In this document: positions 32,035 to 44,533 of the stretch, one piece after another
Numbering within the stretch: position 1 is the first letter of the stretch
Layout of the letters: the number at the start of each line of letters is the position of its first letter
Source: Macrostomum hystrix
Lineage: Eukaryota > Animalia > Platyhelminthes
NCBI GenBank assembly: GCA_950097015.1
Contig: CATNEN010000038.1
Span: forward strand, 29,078,001 to 29,142,000
Length of the DNA: 64,000 nucleotides
Direction of reading: 5' to 3'
The notes under the pieces: model-generated
Databases searched by the model: none
What the model was told of the DNA's origin: nothing
Seen by the model: the letters and a program-made list of their open reading frames with translations, nothing else
Made by a program: the position numbers and the translations under genes

Positions 32035-32590
32035 ATGGCGCCCCAAATTGCTGTACGTGATCGACAGCGCATCGTCGCCGCCTTGCACCGTGGACTGTCG
32101 ATGAAGGATGTGTCAGTCTTGTTAGGAGTATCCAAAACTTCTGTTCACCGTATTCGGTCAACATTCGAACAAGCTGGCAGGTTGGAAGCTTTGCCTCGTG
32201 GAGGACTCAAGGAAGCAAACTGAAAAATGGACGCAGAGATGCGAGATGAGGTGCAGCGAAATCCCTTTCTAACGCTAAAGTCAATGGCTGAGAATCTGAT
32301 TGGACGCTTTCCTGACAAGCCTCAGGTGAGCCGTAAAACAATTGATCGAACAATGGATGGTTTGCTCTTTACGGTCAAACGTGCTACCAAGGGGACGTAA
32401 ATTCGCCTAAACACCAACCGAGTCGAAAGCCTGGACGCCAGAAGCGAATACGCTAACTTCATGCTCCACTTAGCTCCAGGAGTTCACACTGTCTACTTAG
32501 ATGAGACCGGTTTTAACTTGTGGACCCGGAGGTCGCAGGGCAGGTCGGCTCGTGGACACCCAGTGAAGCGCACGGTGACAACCCAGAGGG
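32035..32590 (+). pseudogene. IS630/Tc1/mariner-superfamily transposase remnant
   Basis: N-terminal HTH (RQRIVAALHRGLSMKDVSVLLGVSKTSVHRI..PRGG), second HTH (NPFLTLKSM..VSRKTIDR), first catalytic motif VYLDETGFNLW..GRS..G; frameshifts, stops and 3' truncation. Confidence 0.85.
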
Positions 32591-33529
32591 CTAGTTTTAA
32601 TTTTTACTTATCTTTCTCGATCTTAAAATCATTGGATCTATTTATACTGAATGAATTATTCGTTTGATAAAGATTAACTAACAGTAACAGTAGTCACATA
32701 TATATCGTTCAGCTGGAAAAAATCCATAGGATGTTGAAATTTTCCGTAAAACTACCTTTATTATTTTATAGGCATAATGAAGAAGGCAACTTGTTACAAA
32801 TTATCGAAATAAAGTTCACAAATAAAGCTACTGAACTTCTAACAAAATTTAAATAAATCGATAGATAACAATAAATTGAGTACTAAATCAAAAGATAATG
32901 TCTGACGGGAAGACTGTGTTATAGTTTTAATGAAGTATGGTTAAAATGTAGGGTACACACAAAAATGTGCGATTGAAACAATTTGCTCGTGATCGAATAA
33001 TAACTAAAATGACAGAAATCCTAATCGAAAAGTGTGTTACAGTTTTATTTTTCTTACTAATTTTTAAAGCCAAATCTTACCTTGTGACGATCGACTTTCG
33101 TTGCATAGAATGTCTTAGAATTAATTTAAATTTCGTAGAAACTCATCACCTTTCGTACACATTTTCAGAATTTCGTATAACTTTGTCGAATTTCCAGGAA
33201 CATTTAGTAATTTTAAATATTTCAAACAAGTAGAAGTAATTTCTCTGAATTTTTGTTTAATTTTTTGGGATTTCTTAGAACCTCTTAAAGTTTTATCAGA
33301 GACATAATTACTTTTATTTTCATTTTGAATAGTTTCATACACTCGTAGAAAGTATTTAATTGTCATTGATTTCCCATAATTAAGTTTTAATTTCCCAGAA
33401 CTATGCAGATTTCCGCAAAACTACCGCAAGAATGGCTTTTAGAAGTTAAAATAACTTTAAATTACTTTTAAGTCTGTTTCAATTAGTTCTTTTGTAGTAT
33501 CGAGATGATATTCTCAAGAGGTGCGAGAA

Positions 33530-36500
33530 TCAGACGCCTTCCTCGGCCTCCTGTTTGTCTTCGGCGGCTGCTAACGCCAATTCGTCGGCTGGCTCGGTGG
33601 AGGCGTCCGCGGAGCGCTTCCTGTGCGGCTTGCCATCGTAATCGTTAGGCACTTGCCACACGGGATCGTCGAGAAAGAAGTTTTCGGTTGGGACATTGTC
33701 CAGGAATGGCAGACGAAGTATAAATCCTGCGGGTTAATCGATTGACTGATTGAGAGATTAACGGATTGATAGATTGATCGATTGACAGATTAATTCATTG
33801 ACTTATTGATCAATTGACTAATTGACGGATTGACGGATTGATCGATTCACGGGAAAGGAAATGGCCTGATTGATAAATGAATGAATTGATAGACTGAGGG
33901 ACTGGTTATTAAACTACCGGAGTGAGAGAATGACGGATATGATGGATTGAAAGACTGATAAATGAACAGATAGATCGATTGACGTATCGATAAATTGATA
34001 GCTTGACAGATTAATGCATTAATTGATGGTGGAATTGAAAGATTGACAGATTGATAGACAGGCGGATAGTAAATGGATTGATAATCTGTAGGAGTGAGAG
34101 AATCACCGTGACAGATAGATAACGGATTGATAGATAGACAGAATGACAGAATGACGGACTGATTGATTGACAGATCGGTATTGATGGATCGACAGAAAAT
34201 ATTGACGGATTGATAGATTGACTGATGAGCAGATGACAGCTTGACAGCTCACCGGTGAGTAGGCCGCCCAATATGGCGCACAGGAGTGTCATGCTGGCAG
34301 CAGCGGCCTGGTAGGCTGCCTGCATTCCCGCAGTCCGTCCCTCACCGTCGCTAATTGACCTCTCGCCGTCTTTCAGTGTAAAAGTGAAGCTGCCGTTGGC
34401 CATTTTCGGGGCGCGAGCCGGGAAAATCTGGTAGAGTCTGCAAACAAATGCAAACAAGATTGTGTTCGTGTGTCTGCTACTATTAGTAGACTGTGCTAGC
34501 TAATTATTTAAATTGTCAAACCCTCACCCGTAGCCGTAGTCATCAAACGAGGCGAGGCCGGAGTAGAGAATGCCGAATAGAGCGGCCAGAATGCCCGGCA
34601 TACCGTGCAGATTGTTCACTCCACAGGTGTCCAGAAAGTGGTTGGCCCGCAGTCGCTTCTGCGATCGGTTTATTATTGATTGACAGGTTAACGGATTGAC
34701 AGGTTAACAGATTAACAGGTTGACAGATTGATAGGTCGATTTATTTTTGAATGAGTGATTGATTGAAAGGTTGAAGGTTCCACAGGATGGCATGGCATGA
34801 CTGACATGTCATGTCAGTCAGTCAGTCAGTCAGTCAGTCAGTCAGTCAGTCAGTCAGTCAGTCAGTCAGTCAGTCAGTCAGTCAGTCAGTCAGTCAGTCA
34901 GTCAGTCAGTCAGTCAGTCAGTCAGTCAGTCAGTCAGTCAGTCAGTCAGTCAGTACTCACAGCCAAGAATGCATATCCGAAGACGCTAAGCAGCCCAGCC
35001 AGAGAGCCGATGATGACGGCGCCGTAGGGTTTGATCATCATGTCGGAGGCTGTACCAACGGCCACTCCGCCAGCAAGTGTGGCATTCTGAATGTGCACCA
35101 TCTCCAATTTGCCTTTCTCGAATAGCGAGGACACGGCGAATGCTACCAGGGTGCAGGCGGCCAGTGACAGGTAGGTGTTGATGACAGCTCGATGCTTATC
35201 ATCGCCTTCTGCTAAGCCGGCGTTGAAGCTTGGCCAGTAAAGCCACAGGAAGATGGTACCTGGATGATTGGTTGATAAGTTTATAGATTGATTAAATATA
35301 TTTCCTATTATCGTTCCTAAAAAACGGCGTTTCCTAAAAAATTTGCATGTCGGCTAACAGTAACAGCCGACATGGGGGTCGATGGCAGAGCGGTCTAACG
35401 CGTTCGCCTCTCGCACCAAGGTCCCTAAGTTCGATTCCACGGCGAGGCCACATTTATTTGGGGCGCAGCCGCGGAGAGAAGGCTTGGGGCTTGTCGTGCA
35501 ATTTACGCCCTTGAGGGCCAACCTTGAAGGCACAGTGAAGTGCACATTGCTTGACGATGAGAAAGTCAGGGCAGATGTACACACCTGTGTGAGCGTGTGC
35601 CTGTGTACAGTATCTGTGTGCGTGTGTGCTCAGGAGTCAGCGAAATGGGCAGAATTGCCTCCTCGCTGGCTGCGAGTCGAGTGTCACCAAATGATGTGCC
35701 ACTGCCCACAGCCCTCCTGCAAAAAAAATAGCCGACATGGTTACATTATGCAATTTTGTATGCGGAAGAATTAATATAGGTGATTTTTGCCACCAGACAG
35801 CCCGACGAGAAATTGTTAAATTTCTAGACCATGCCGATGTTTTGTGATTCTGGAAGTTGCTTGATCGGATTAAACGGAAAAGTTTAGACCATTTTCTGGA
35901 TTTTAATGCAGATCATGGTTGAGTACTTTAGGAAATACAGAAAAAATACAGAGCAATTCTCTAGCCCCCTTCCAGCCGCCCTTCAACCGCCCTAAAGCCA
36001 ACTTTCACTGCCAGATTTTCATAGAAACAGCATCGACCATGCGAAACATGTTTTGGGGCAATCAATTAAGAGCATATGTGAATCATTTTTATAAAAATCT
36101 TTCTTAGAAAACATGTAGCGAAATACGTATTCGTTAAAAATCGCTTTAGCAAGAGCTGAAAAACTGAAAATACTTACAAATACATTTTCGGCGGTGTTAA
36201 AAAGAATTAGACATTCAGGCAGTGGCCGCGCCAACTCACCAATCATAGCAAACAGATCATTGTGATAGCGCGAGCAGTCGTTGCGATTCTCATTGTCGCC
36301 CTTCTTGGCCATTGTACGCGACGCGGCGATGCCGAAGTAGGCGCCGAAAATGTGCACAAACATGCTGCCGCCCATGTCCACGGCCTTGAAACCAAATCAG
36401 CGCATTTGATTGGAAACTAACTAATTCAATTAATATTGAGTTTGTAGGAGCTTACCTTGAACTTGTACAGGCCAACATATTCGTTGGCAACAAAAATTGG

Positions 36501-37367
36501 GATTTCGATGAAGGCCAAGACTAGGCATTGTAAGGCGGATATTCTTCCCAACAATGCGCCGAATGAGATCAGAACAGTGGCGCATGCAAAATCAGCGGAG
36601 AGCATTCTAGAATGTCAGAGAAGAGTAGGCTTAAGGTGTGACAGGTTGGTTTATGACATGATATTGCGGCTTGTGGAGTGACAGGTTGGTTTATGGAGTG
36701 ACAGGTTGGTTTATGGAGTGACAATTTGGTTTATGGAGTGCAATTAGGTTTTGGAGTGAGAATTTGGTTTATGGAGTGCAATTAGGTTTTGGAGTGACAA
36801 TTTGGTTTACAGAGTGCCATTTAGCCTTTTGGAGCGACACACTGATGGAGTGATATACTGATGGAGGCTTGATTTGTGATAGCTGGAAGTTCTGACAGGT
36901 TGATGCATGCAACAATACTTACGACTGTACTTCAATGTAGAATTTTCCATTCTTCATGTGAAAGAAGCCGTTAATGATCATGCTCCACTGTATGACCAGT
37001 GCGGCGATCATCATGTTGAGCCCGACACTGCCGAAGCCGTACCACTTCAGGAACGTCATCAAGAACCCGAAGCCGATAAACATCATTCCGTGAACGTCCT
37101 GGAACACTGCAGATGTTAAAAGTAGCTGTGGTTAAGGACGAAAAGTTTATAATAACATTGCGTCACAATTCACTCACTGGGATAATTCTGGACAATCGAA
37201 TTGACAGCGTTAATCTCGGATTTTTTCAGTTCTCCGGTGGCATTGCCCCAGACTTTTGCATCGGCTTCATCGTGATAGCTGGCGAACACGCCGAACAGCA
37301 CGATAAACAGGGCCTCTAGCAGCAGGGCGACGATTCCGAACTTTTTCTCGGCTAATTTGGACGCCAT
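33530..37367 (-). CDS. Rh-family (Rh50/Rhp-type) ammonium transporter, 8 coding exons
   Basis: Exons about 37178-37367, 36922-37087, 36457-36608, 36240-36384, 34961-35260, 34528-34644, 34252-34437, 33530-33726. Motifs [23 protein letters not shown], [38 protein letters not shown] and [13 protein letters not shown] (twin His intact). A probable 5'UTR exon donor lies near 38070. Confidence 0.95.
33735..34245. repeat. Degenerate (ATTG/ATAG/ACGG)n tetranucleotide repeat filling an Rh intron
   Basis: 4-bp periodicity visible. Confidence 0.8.
34814..34953 (+). repeat. Perfect (TCAG)n microsatellite, ~35 units, a few nt from an Rh splice donor
   Basis: Seen directly. Confidence 0.98.
35374..35730 (+). 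mobile_element. SINE family 1, full-length copy
   Basis: A-box TGGCAGAGCGG, B-box AAGTTCGATTCC, family core, A-rich tail; flanked by the direct repeat AGCCGACATGG (likely TSD). Confidence 0.9.
35770..36170. mobile_element. TAGCTCCC-family repeat copy
   Basis: Homologous blocks CCCGACGAGA, GATTCTGGAA and ATACAGAAAAAA. Confidence 0.5.
36635..36870 (+). repeat. ~20-bp minisatellite (GGAGTGACAGGTTGGTTTAT) in an Rh intron
   Basis: Tandem units visible. Confidence 0.85.
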
Positions 37368-37560
37368 CTGAGAAGGTAAGATTGCACTTTTTGTAACGAA
37401 ATGAAAGATTTTTATTAACCGCCTCAATTTTCCACGTTGATTTATGATGGGTTCTGACTAGTGTAGTACATGTTGTATCGGCTACTTTCTAGCTTTGACT
37501 TCAGATACGGTTACTGGTGCTAGCCATGGTATCTAATAATCATAGTAGTAAGAATCTTAA

Positions 37561-37895
37561 GGGTTGAGTGGCAGAGCGGTTAGCAAGTTTGCCTCTCGCA
37601 CCAAATCCCCTGAGCTCGATTCCGCGGAAAGGCCACATTCATTTGGGGTGCAGCCGCGGAGAGAAGGCTTGGGTGCAATTTACGCCCCTGAGGGCGATCC
37701 TCCTAGGCACAGTGAGTGTACACTGCTTGACGATGAGAAAGTCAGGGCAGATGTACTCACCTGTGTAATTGCGTGCCTGCGTATAGCGGTATCTGTGTGC
37801 GTTTGTGCTCAGGAGTCAGCGAAATGGGCAGTACTCCCTCCTCGCTTGCTGCAGGTCTTGTGTCGCCAAATTATGTGTGATTGCCTACAGTATTT
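37561..37895 (+). mobile_element. SINE family 1 copy
   Basis: Head, core and diverged tail match the family. Confidence 0.85.
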
Positions 37896-38889
37896 CTGTA
37901 AGTATTTTTTTGATTGTAGAATTTAAAGCGACTGTAAATTTGTACGCTAATATTAAAAACTCTAAAAGCTCTATTAAAAACACGTAAACTTTCATGCATG
38001 TTCTTTTATCCAACTGTTCTAAACCCTATAACTGTCGCATTTTCAACTAGACAGTATTATAAAATCTTACCGTCCTAAAACAGCTGCAGATAATAGAAGC
38101 AAAATGGGTCAATGAAACTTGATTTCAGCCGCACGTTTTGACGACCAGATGAAAAATAACTTCGCTTTAAAAGGCACTCACTTTATAATATTTTGTTGTA
38201 CGCATGAACAGCACAGTGAAGTGTGCATTGCAGCTTTACTTCTAATTTAAGGCAGGCAGTCTTGTACTTGTGTACATGGGTGTCTTTCCCAAGCCTCAGA
38301 TGGTACGAGAATAATGGCAAGCGACCATTTGTCAAACAAAAACTCGGGTTATATTGTTCAACTAATACCCTCCACAGCTATTGTTAATAGCATTCCTGTC
38401 TTCTCTATTCTTTCTTCTATTAAGCAGCCAAGTCCAGACCCCGCGCTGATGAATGGAAAGAAGAGAACACAGCTAGGCCGGGAGATGAAAAAATACGAGA
38501 AAGAAAAAATGCAAAAACCCAACATATATTTGCGACAGTTTCAACTGACTCTTTGCTCAACCATTTGTTATAGTTTTTAGGAAGAATGTAAAGAGAGAGA
38601 GATACCAGAAGAATCGAATAGATCCAACAAACCAGTGGTCCCGTTTGAGCCGGTGGAAAGATGATAATTCTGGTAAATTGACAAAAGAAAGACTCTAAAT
38701 TCAAGCCCGAATGAAGTGCACAAAATTTCTGGGGGAGTGGCCATGCAGTCCAACCAATTGCTAATGTTTAGTGCTCACTTTGTGACGCATTTCAGTAATA
38801 ACAACTCTAACCAAAAATAATTTAACTGAACCTGGCGCAATTGCTTTTAGAGTGCAGCTACTTTAAACTTTAAGTTCAATGTAGCTGAG

Positions 38890-39315
38890 CTGGGGTGACA
38901 CATTCATCGAAACAAAGTCCTGGGCACGAATCTGTGACGATATCACGCGTTTATTAGGGTAGTCGCGGCCGCGAAGAGAACGCTTAGGGACTTGTTGTGC
39001 GAGGTGCCCATGAGGGCCAAATGTGAGGTGAGAGTGTGCGCTGACAACCTATAAAAAACCAGTACAGATGTACACGCCTATGTGAGTGTGTGCCTCAGGG
39101 GTGAGTGGCAGAGTCGTTAGCTCGTATCGCGTTTGCCTCTCGCACCAAGCTCCCTAAGCTCGATTCCGCGGCTAGGCCACATTTATTTGGGGGCTTGTCG
39201 TAAAGGGTGTCCCTGCGTACAGTATGTGTGCGAGTGTGCTTATGGGTTCTGAACCTGATGGCTGACTGCGCGTCGACTGTCGCCAAGAAATCAATGCCAG
39301 CAGCTAGCCTGCAAG
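38890..39315 (+). mobile_element. Two fused, degenerate SINE family 1 copies
   Basis: Old copy 38890-39095 followed by a new head GGGGTGAGTGGCAGAG at ~39098. Confidence 0.65.
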
Positions 39316-41084
39316 TTAATATTAATCATATTAGCCCGTAGACATAAAACTTTCGAGACTTTAATGCATGATCATGTGGAATTTAAAGCTTCAGATTCCA
39401 ATGGCTCTCAGAGCAACAGTTTTTGTCCGAGTGAACGCAGAGGACGTAAGCATTCGGTGAAAAGTATTCTGATTCCCCACTGACATTGTAGGTTTTAGGG
39501 TGCCTCTTACCCATAGACAATAGAATCGTGCAACTATAATTTAGTCTAAGCGCGCAGGCAGGTATCATTTTTGACCACTCCAATTGTCTATGGCCCAAAA
39601 GTTATGGGCAGCTTATCAAAGTTATCACAGATCCTTAAACACAAGTCAGTCTTATAAAATCATGGCCATAGACATTCAAGGCAGACAACAATCGGCCTTC
39701 ATTGATAGATGACCAAATTCCAGTCCAAAATTATACGATGAAATTTTGAGCTTATGAAAGCGACCAGCAGGTTTGTTATATGCTTCTGTCATATTAATGT
39801 GTGTTCTGCCTGCATATGTTTATCTAGAAGATGCATTTGCGCACTTAAGTGTACACATATGCGTACGAAAAATCCTACTTATTCAAAAATGTAAGCAAAA
39901 TGAACTTCTATTTTATTTTAGTTAGTAATGACAAAGTATGGTCTTACTAATGAATTCTAGGCTTCTCACTGACTTGTGTCTAAATCTAAGTCTAATTGTT
40001 CTGGCAAACAATGAACTAAAGCTAGGCAGGTTCAGTTTCTTTTGTTAAAATTGGGTGCAAATGCCATGGCTTGAGACTGTGCAGAAAATGCTTCAGGTGG
40101 TGCTAAGGTTCTTGAGACTGAGATTTGAAATTCTTTTAATAAATAATACTCAGTTAAGCACGCATTTTTATGATTAATTGTGCTCAATATGCATATCATC
40201 ATATCGGCGTTGTATTTCGTGAAGCAATTTAAATAGCTCAATCTCAGCCATTCAGTACGCGAATCAAGTTATTAATGCATCGTAGGTAACTAAATTCCTA
40301 TATATCTCTACTTCCAGTAGAAAAAATGTGCATGACTTAAAGCCGCTATTTTCAGGCCTTAAATAATAATTCATTAACAAGGTTGAAAACCAATCGACAC
40401 AATCAAGAGGAGATGTTGCGCGGTACGAGTGACGATCTCTAGATCACTAGATTATGAACTGAAAAACAATCTGTTTAAAATGAATCCATTTTCATTAGAA
40501 GATGACTATTGATTTGACACTGAATATACTCAATATATGTTGAATCATTCAGCTAGCATGAAAACTGGACTCTTCAGATGATTAATTACTTTATTGACTA
40601 GATAAAAAGCTATTTGCCTAAAGCCATGAAGAGACGTGTTCAAAGGAACTTTAGGCCTACAAAGCATCTGTTATCCAGTCAGGTTTAGTCTGGTGAACAT
40701 ACACGCTTGAAGCCCAGTGCTTTGGACTTTTAGAATTAGGCTTTGGAGTTAGGTTTGGAGTTCGAATTTTAGCGCAAAGAAAATCTCAGCGTCTTTGAGC
40801 GAGACATTTCATTTCATTATAGCTAATTTTATTATAGTGTTGCAGGGCTATCCTATAATATTTAATATCCCAACCCACTGATGCCACCAAAGTTGCACCA
40901 GGTCTGATCTCACTGCTGCTGTTTCAAATAGATATTTTAGACTGGCGGTCCTTAAATGGGCCGTTTTCACTTCTCATTATGGTAGCGTATGTGTAGCACG
41001 AGCGGTAATTAGGCACTATATGTACTTTCCAGCCGATTAGGCGTTCCCGAGATTAGAGTTTAGCAGTTCCCTCTTAGTAATATT

Positions 41085-41200
41085 CTTAGTATAAATCTGA
41101 GTATAGGTCTTAGTATAGGTCTTAGTATGGTTCTCAGTATAGTTCTTAGTATGGTTCTTAGTATGGTTCTTAGTATATTACTTAGTATATCTCTCAGTAT
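41085..41200 (+). repeat. 12-bp tandem repeat (CTTAGTATGGTT variants)
   Basis: Seen directly. Confidence 0.85.
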
Positions 41201-41456
41201 CTTCTCACAAATGACTAACACAATGAATTCTTTCCTCAAATCACTCTTTTATATCTCGAACACACTTAAAGCTTCAACAATGACTTGACTTTCGGCCAAC
41301 AATTTTACTCACACACTCTCTCACTCTCTTGCACGCACGGCGAGTTTATTTTTCTTAGAATTTTTTAGCATTTGTTTAAATGGTGAATTTTCACAAAATA
41401 ATATTTACACGGTAATCATTAAAACAAAAATATTCATACAGTATTACTTTCAATAT

Positions 41457-42115
41457 CTCTATCTATCTATCTGCACGGGGGCCCGGGGCACTTGTCGCAC
41501 AAGCGACGGAGCGGCACGCCCCCAGACCGGCGAACTAGGCGCTTTAGCGCCCATTGCGCCGCCTCCCCTGAGCAGGCACCACATACAGCAGCACAGACCA
41601 GCCGGGGAGGGCAGGAGGCACCCAGAATAGGCAGCAGTGCCCCCCACTTTGCACTTAGCGGTATGGGCGACCCTCGCCTCCCCGCTGCGTCCATGGACCA
41701 CCTGCCCCCCACCCCAGCCCCACACGCACAGAGCAGACCAAGCTGGGGCGGAAGGCTGATAAGAAATCAGTCCTCAGGGGGGGCCGGGTGATGAGTGTAC
41801 ACTTATCCAATCGCGCTGACGGAATTCCAGGGAGCGCGCGACGGTGTACACCCGCCCTCCAGCCACCCCCCGCAAGGTCTAACGCCCCAGCGCCAACGCA
41901 CATAACTCATACAACGCAGAACAGGCACACAGAAGGTAGGAGCGAAGCTATAATTTCAAGCTTTGATTGCACGAAATATGGTGCACCTCCGCCGGTCGCT
42001 ACTGTCCAAACCCCCCCAACCAGTCCCGAAATTAATCGTGACTTGAAGGGTGAATCGAACTAGCGTCCTTTGGAGTGCGAGGCAGCGACGTTAGCCGCTG
42101 ACCCCACTCGCCCCT
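41457..42115 (-). mobile_element. tRNA-derived SINE family 2, ~660 bp, complete
   Basis: Minus-strand head GGGGCGAGTGGGGTCAGCGG...AGTTCGATTCA (A/B boxes), GC-rich body, (GATA)n tail; 13-bp TSD TTACTTTCAATAT at 41444-41456 and 42116-42128. Confidence 0.88.
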
Positions 42116-43315
42116 TTACTTTCAATATAGTAAAGAGTAAAACAAAATTTTGTTATTTTTGGCGCGTATTTGATTTTTATATTTTTGAGTATTTTTATAA
42201 AACGTATTAAGAACAAAAAATGTAACATATTTACACTAAAACTGATAATGTATTTACACCGCTACAATAGTTCATAGCATATAAGTAAATAATAAATTAT
42301 TAGTTGCAGGGTGGATTTTAAACTTAAGGAAATCCTGGGAAAATCTATAGGCATTCACTCAGGTAAATATTTGACTTTGCTCTACAGCTCTACAAGGATA
42401 TAATTACAGAATAAATTTTCACAGAGTCAGTGCAGTCCATCAAATCGTCATCCACTGCGAAGTGTCACCTCTAAGACATGGACTGTTTGAGGATGAAACC
42501 GTATAAAATATGCTTGCAGCCGAACTAGACATTGTGATGCGGGCTCGATTTTTAAAGACTGTCGCGCGATGCATTATTACTGCTGAAATTGCAGGTTGCG
42601 CCACTTGGAGACTGCCGAGCGGTATAAAAACTGAGTCCGTCTCAGCCTAATGATGTCGAGGCCAAATGATGTTCTGACTATCGGATTTCACCGCCTAGTC
42701 AGGTGCCCTGTTATCAGCGATTTCTGTATTGCTAAGTTTGTGATTAGCGTCTGTCGGATCCTTATCTAATCTTAAATACCTATAATATCGACTCAGTCTG
42801 ACTGTTGAAAGCTGCATTTAAATTTGCCTTTCATTTAATTTTGTTTCTCTGAGTTGCTATATTCTAAAGACTAGATTACTCTATCCTTTCCTATTTTCTT
42901 GATATCTAAAGTCACTTTTTTAAGATAAGTTATAACGTGTCGCGTCGTTGTTATAACGTGTGCGTTTGGCTTTAAGGATTTAAATCCATACTCAGGATTT
43001 TAAGATAATTTAGCGCTCAAACAAACCAGCTTTTTCTGAAAATAGAAGCAAATTACGAGAAGCTCGTAGTATTGTAGAAAACCGATAAGCCAGCAATGTC
43101 GATTCGCTTACTGCAATGAGGGTTCTGTGGGTGCTAGTTTCGAAACCAATAAAACTTGTCACCAAAATATTTTCGATTTATTGAAGAAAACATTAGGACG
43201 AAAAACAATTGCGAATCAGGGCGCATTGGATCGGAGATATTGGTTTGGTTTCAAACGCAGTAATTGTAAATTTGCCTCCAAATGTCAGTCTCGATGGCTG
43301 TTAATTTGTTTTTTT

Positions 43316-43963
43316 TCAACGAGAGGCAAACAGTCGATTGGCGCAGGTGCGGCTGCAAACAGCACCGCCGTGACGCATCTGGCGCTGCTGATAGTGACGA
43401 CGCATTGCGACCAGCAGCCGGTCGGCCTGCTTGCCGCAGACGAGCGGGTCCGACTGTCCGAGGCAGGCCTTGGCGGAGATGCTGGCGTATGTTGCGTCGC
43501 AGGCTCGGCTGTCCTTCTGGCCGACCGCGGCGGCGCAGTTCAGGCACAGCTCGTAGCCATCGCACATCGCGGCCGCCTCTGCGTCAAGGCGCAGTCTGAA
43601 GCGTCGCCTGACTGCGCTGCACCCAGTTCCCAGGCTAGCAGCCTCCGGTCCACAGGCTGAGAGCAGGCCCTGGCTGCTTTCATTACTGTCGAAGCCCTGC
43701 TCTCTGACAGAAGCTTTCAGGCGCTTGTTGACAGCGCGCAGTTTAGCTAGCTGACGAGCCTGACGCTCCAGCTCACACTGGGCAATCTTGTCGGCAGTGC
43801 GGAGTGCGACCAGAGCTGCAGCCAGTCGAGTGCTTTCAACATCCGCGCCGCCTACCTGCTCGGCTGTGTCGTCTTCATCAGTGGACCCGGCGACAAGGAG
43901 GCTTGATACAGAAGCGGCACACAGCAGCATCAGTAGCATTAGGGACATGACATTCAACCTCAT
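43316..43963 (-). CDS. Secreted protein: signal peptide + coiled coil + 10-Cys conodipine-like phospholipase A2 domain with HD replaced by YE (probably catalytically inactive)
   Basis: Single-exon 215-aa ORF from ATG 43963; hydrophobic signal MRLNVMSLMLLMLLCAASVSS; pattern GCS..x..CDGYELCLNC..CD..Y......C.....C...A matches the GCS..ACxxHDxCYxC..CD..F......C....C...A spacing of conodipine-type sPLA2 (by eye). Confidence 0.7.
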   Translation of the reverse strand: MRLNVMSLMLLMLLCAASVSSLLVAGSTDEDDTAEQVGGADVESTRLAAALVALRTADKIAQCELERQARQLAKLRAVNKRLKASVREQGFDSNESSQGLLSACGPEAASLGTGCSAVRRRFRLRLDAEAAAMCDGYELCLNCAAAVGQKDSRACDATYASISAKACLGQSDPLVCGKQADRLLVAMRRHYQQRQMRHGGAVCSRTCANRLFASR

Positions 43964-44505
43964 TCTAGTTGATTGATTTTTTGCCAACTGACTCTCGACC
44001 AAGCAAACAATTTCTGGCAAGCAAAGTCAGAGCACTTCGCAGGTGGTTCGAAGTGGCTTTTGCACGGCGGATTTTCGCCACGTTCACCTGCTTTGTATTT
44101 ATGCAAAATTCGGGGTTGGCAAACTGACCAATTACAGAGAAGGCTGACATTCTGCTTGAGTGGCGTCTCTAGAGACCTATTGGCTAGCAAAATAAAAAAG
44201 GAATGACTTTATGAGAAAAATCCCGTCTTAATTTCGAGATGGCTTTGGTTGCGTTGAGTTTTTTGCCAAAAATTTTAATGCAGTCCTAAAATTTCACCAA
44301 ACCGACAAAACAAAGTCGTTGTTTTCAAGCATTGAGACATTATATTGACATTGAAATTGTAAAATTTATGTGATTCGGATCTACAAAAGGTACATTATCG
44401 CAAAAAGTAAATTATACTTCTTAGACCTATAATCAAGCCCTGAAATGTGGTAGTTCGTGAATCTCAGGTGCACTGAGGACCGATGCACCGGCCTTTCGAT
44501 TTGAG

Positions 44506-44533
44506 GACGTCATGTGACGTCATGCAACGTCAT
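44506..44533. promoter_or_regulatory. Tandem CRE/ATF-like elements (3 x ACGTCAT, including a perfect TGACGTCA)
   Basis: GACGTCATGTGACGTCATGCAACGTCAT, ~550 bp upstream of the PLA2-like ATG; further half-sites near 44612 and 44689. Confidence 0.35.

Noticed and set aside
34797-35125. (SQSV)n ORFs
   Set aside because: Translation of the (TCAG)n microsatellite, antisense to an Rh exon.
35382-35774. Recurrent ORFs such as MAERSNAF.../DDEKVRADV... and tRNA-like heads
   Set aside because: Translations of SINE family 1; the heads have A/B boxes but no complete tRNA cloverleaf, so they are not called tRNA genes.
41459-42063. GC-rich ORF cluster
   Set aside because: Lies wholly within the TSD-bounded SINE family 2 element.
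42640-42700. ATGATG...CTGA resembling C/D-box snoRNA
   Set aside because: Imperfect C box, no terminal stem, intergenic.
43127-43660. Plus-strand 177-aa ORF and other overlapping ORFs
   Set aside because: Antisense or alternate-frame shadows of the PLA2-like gene.
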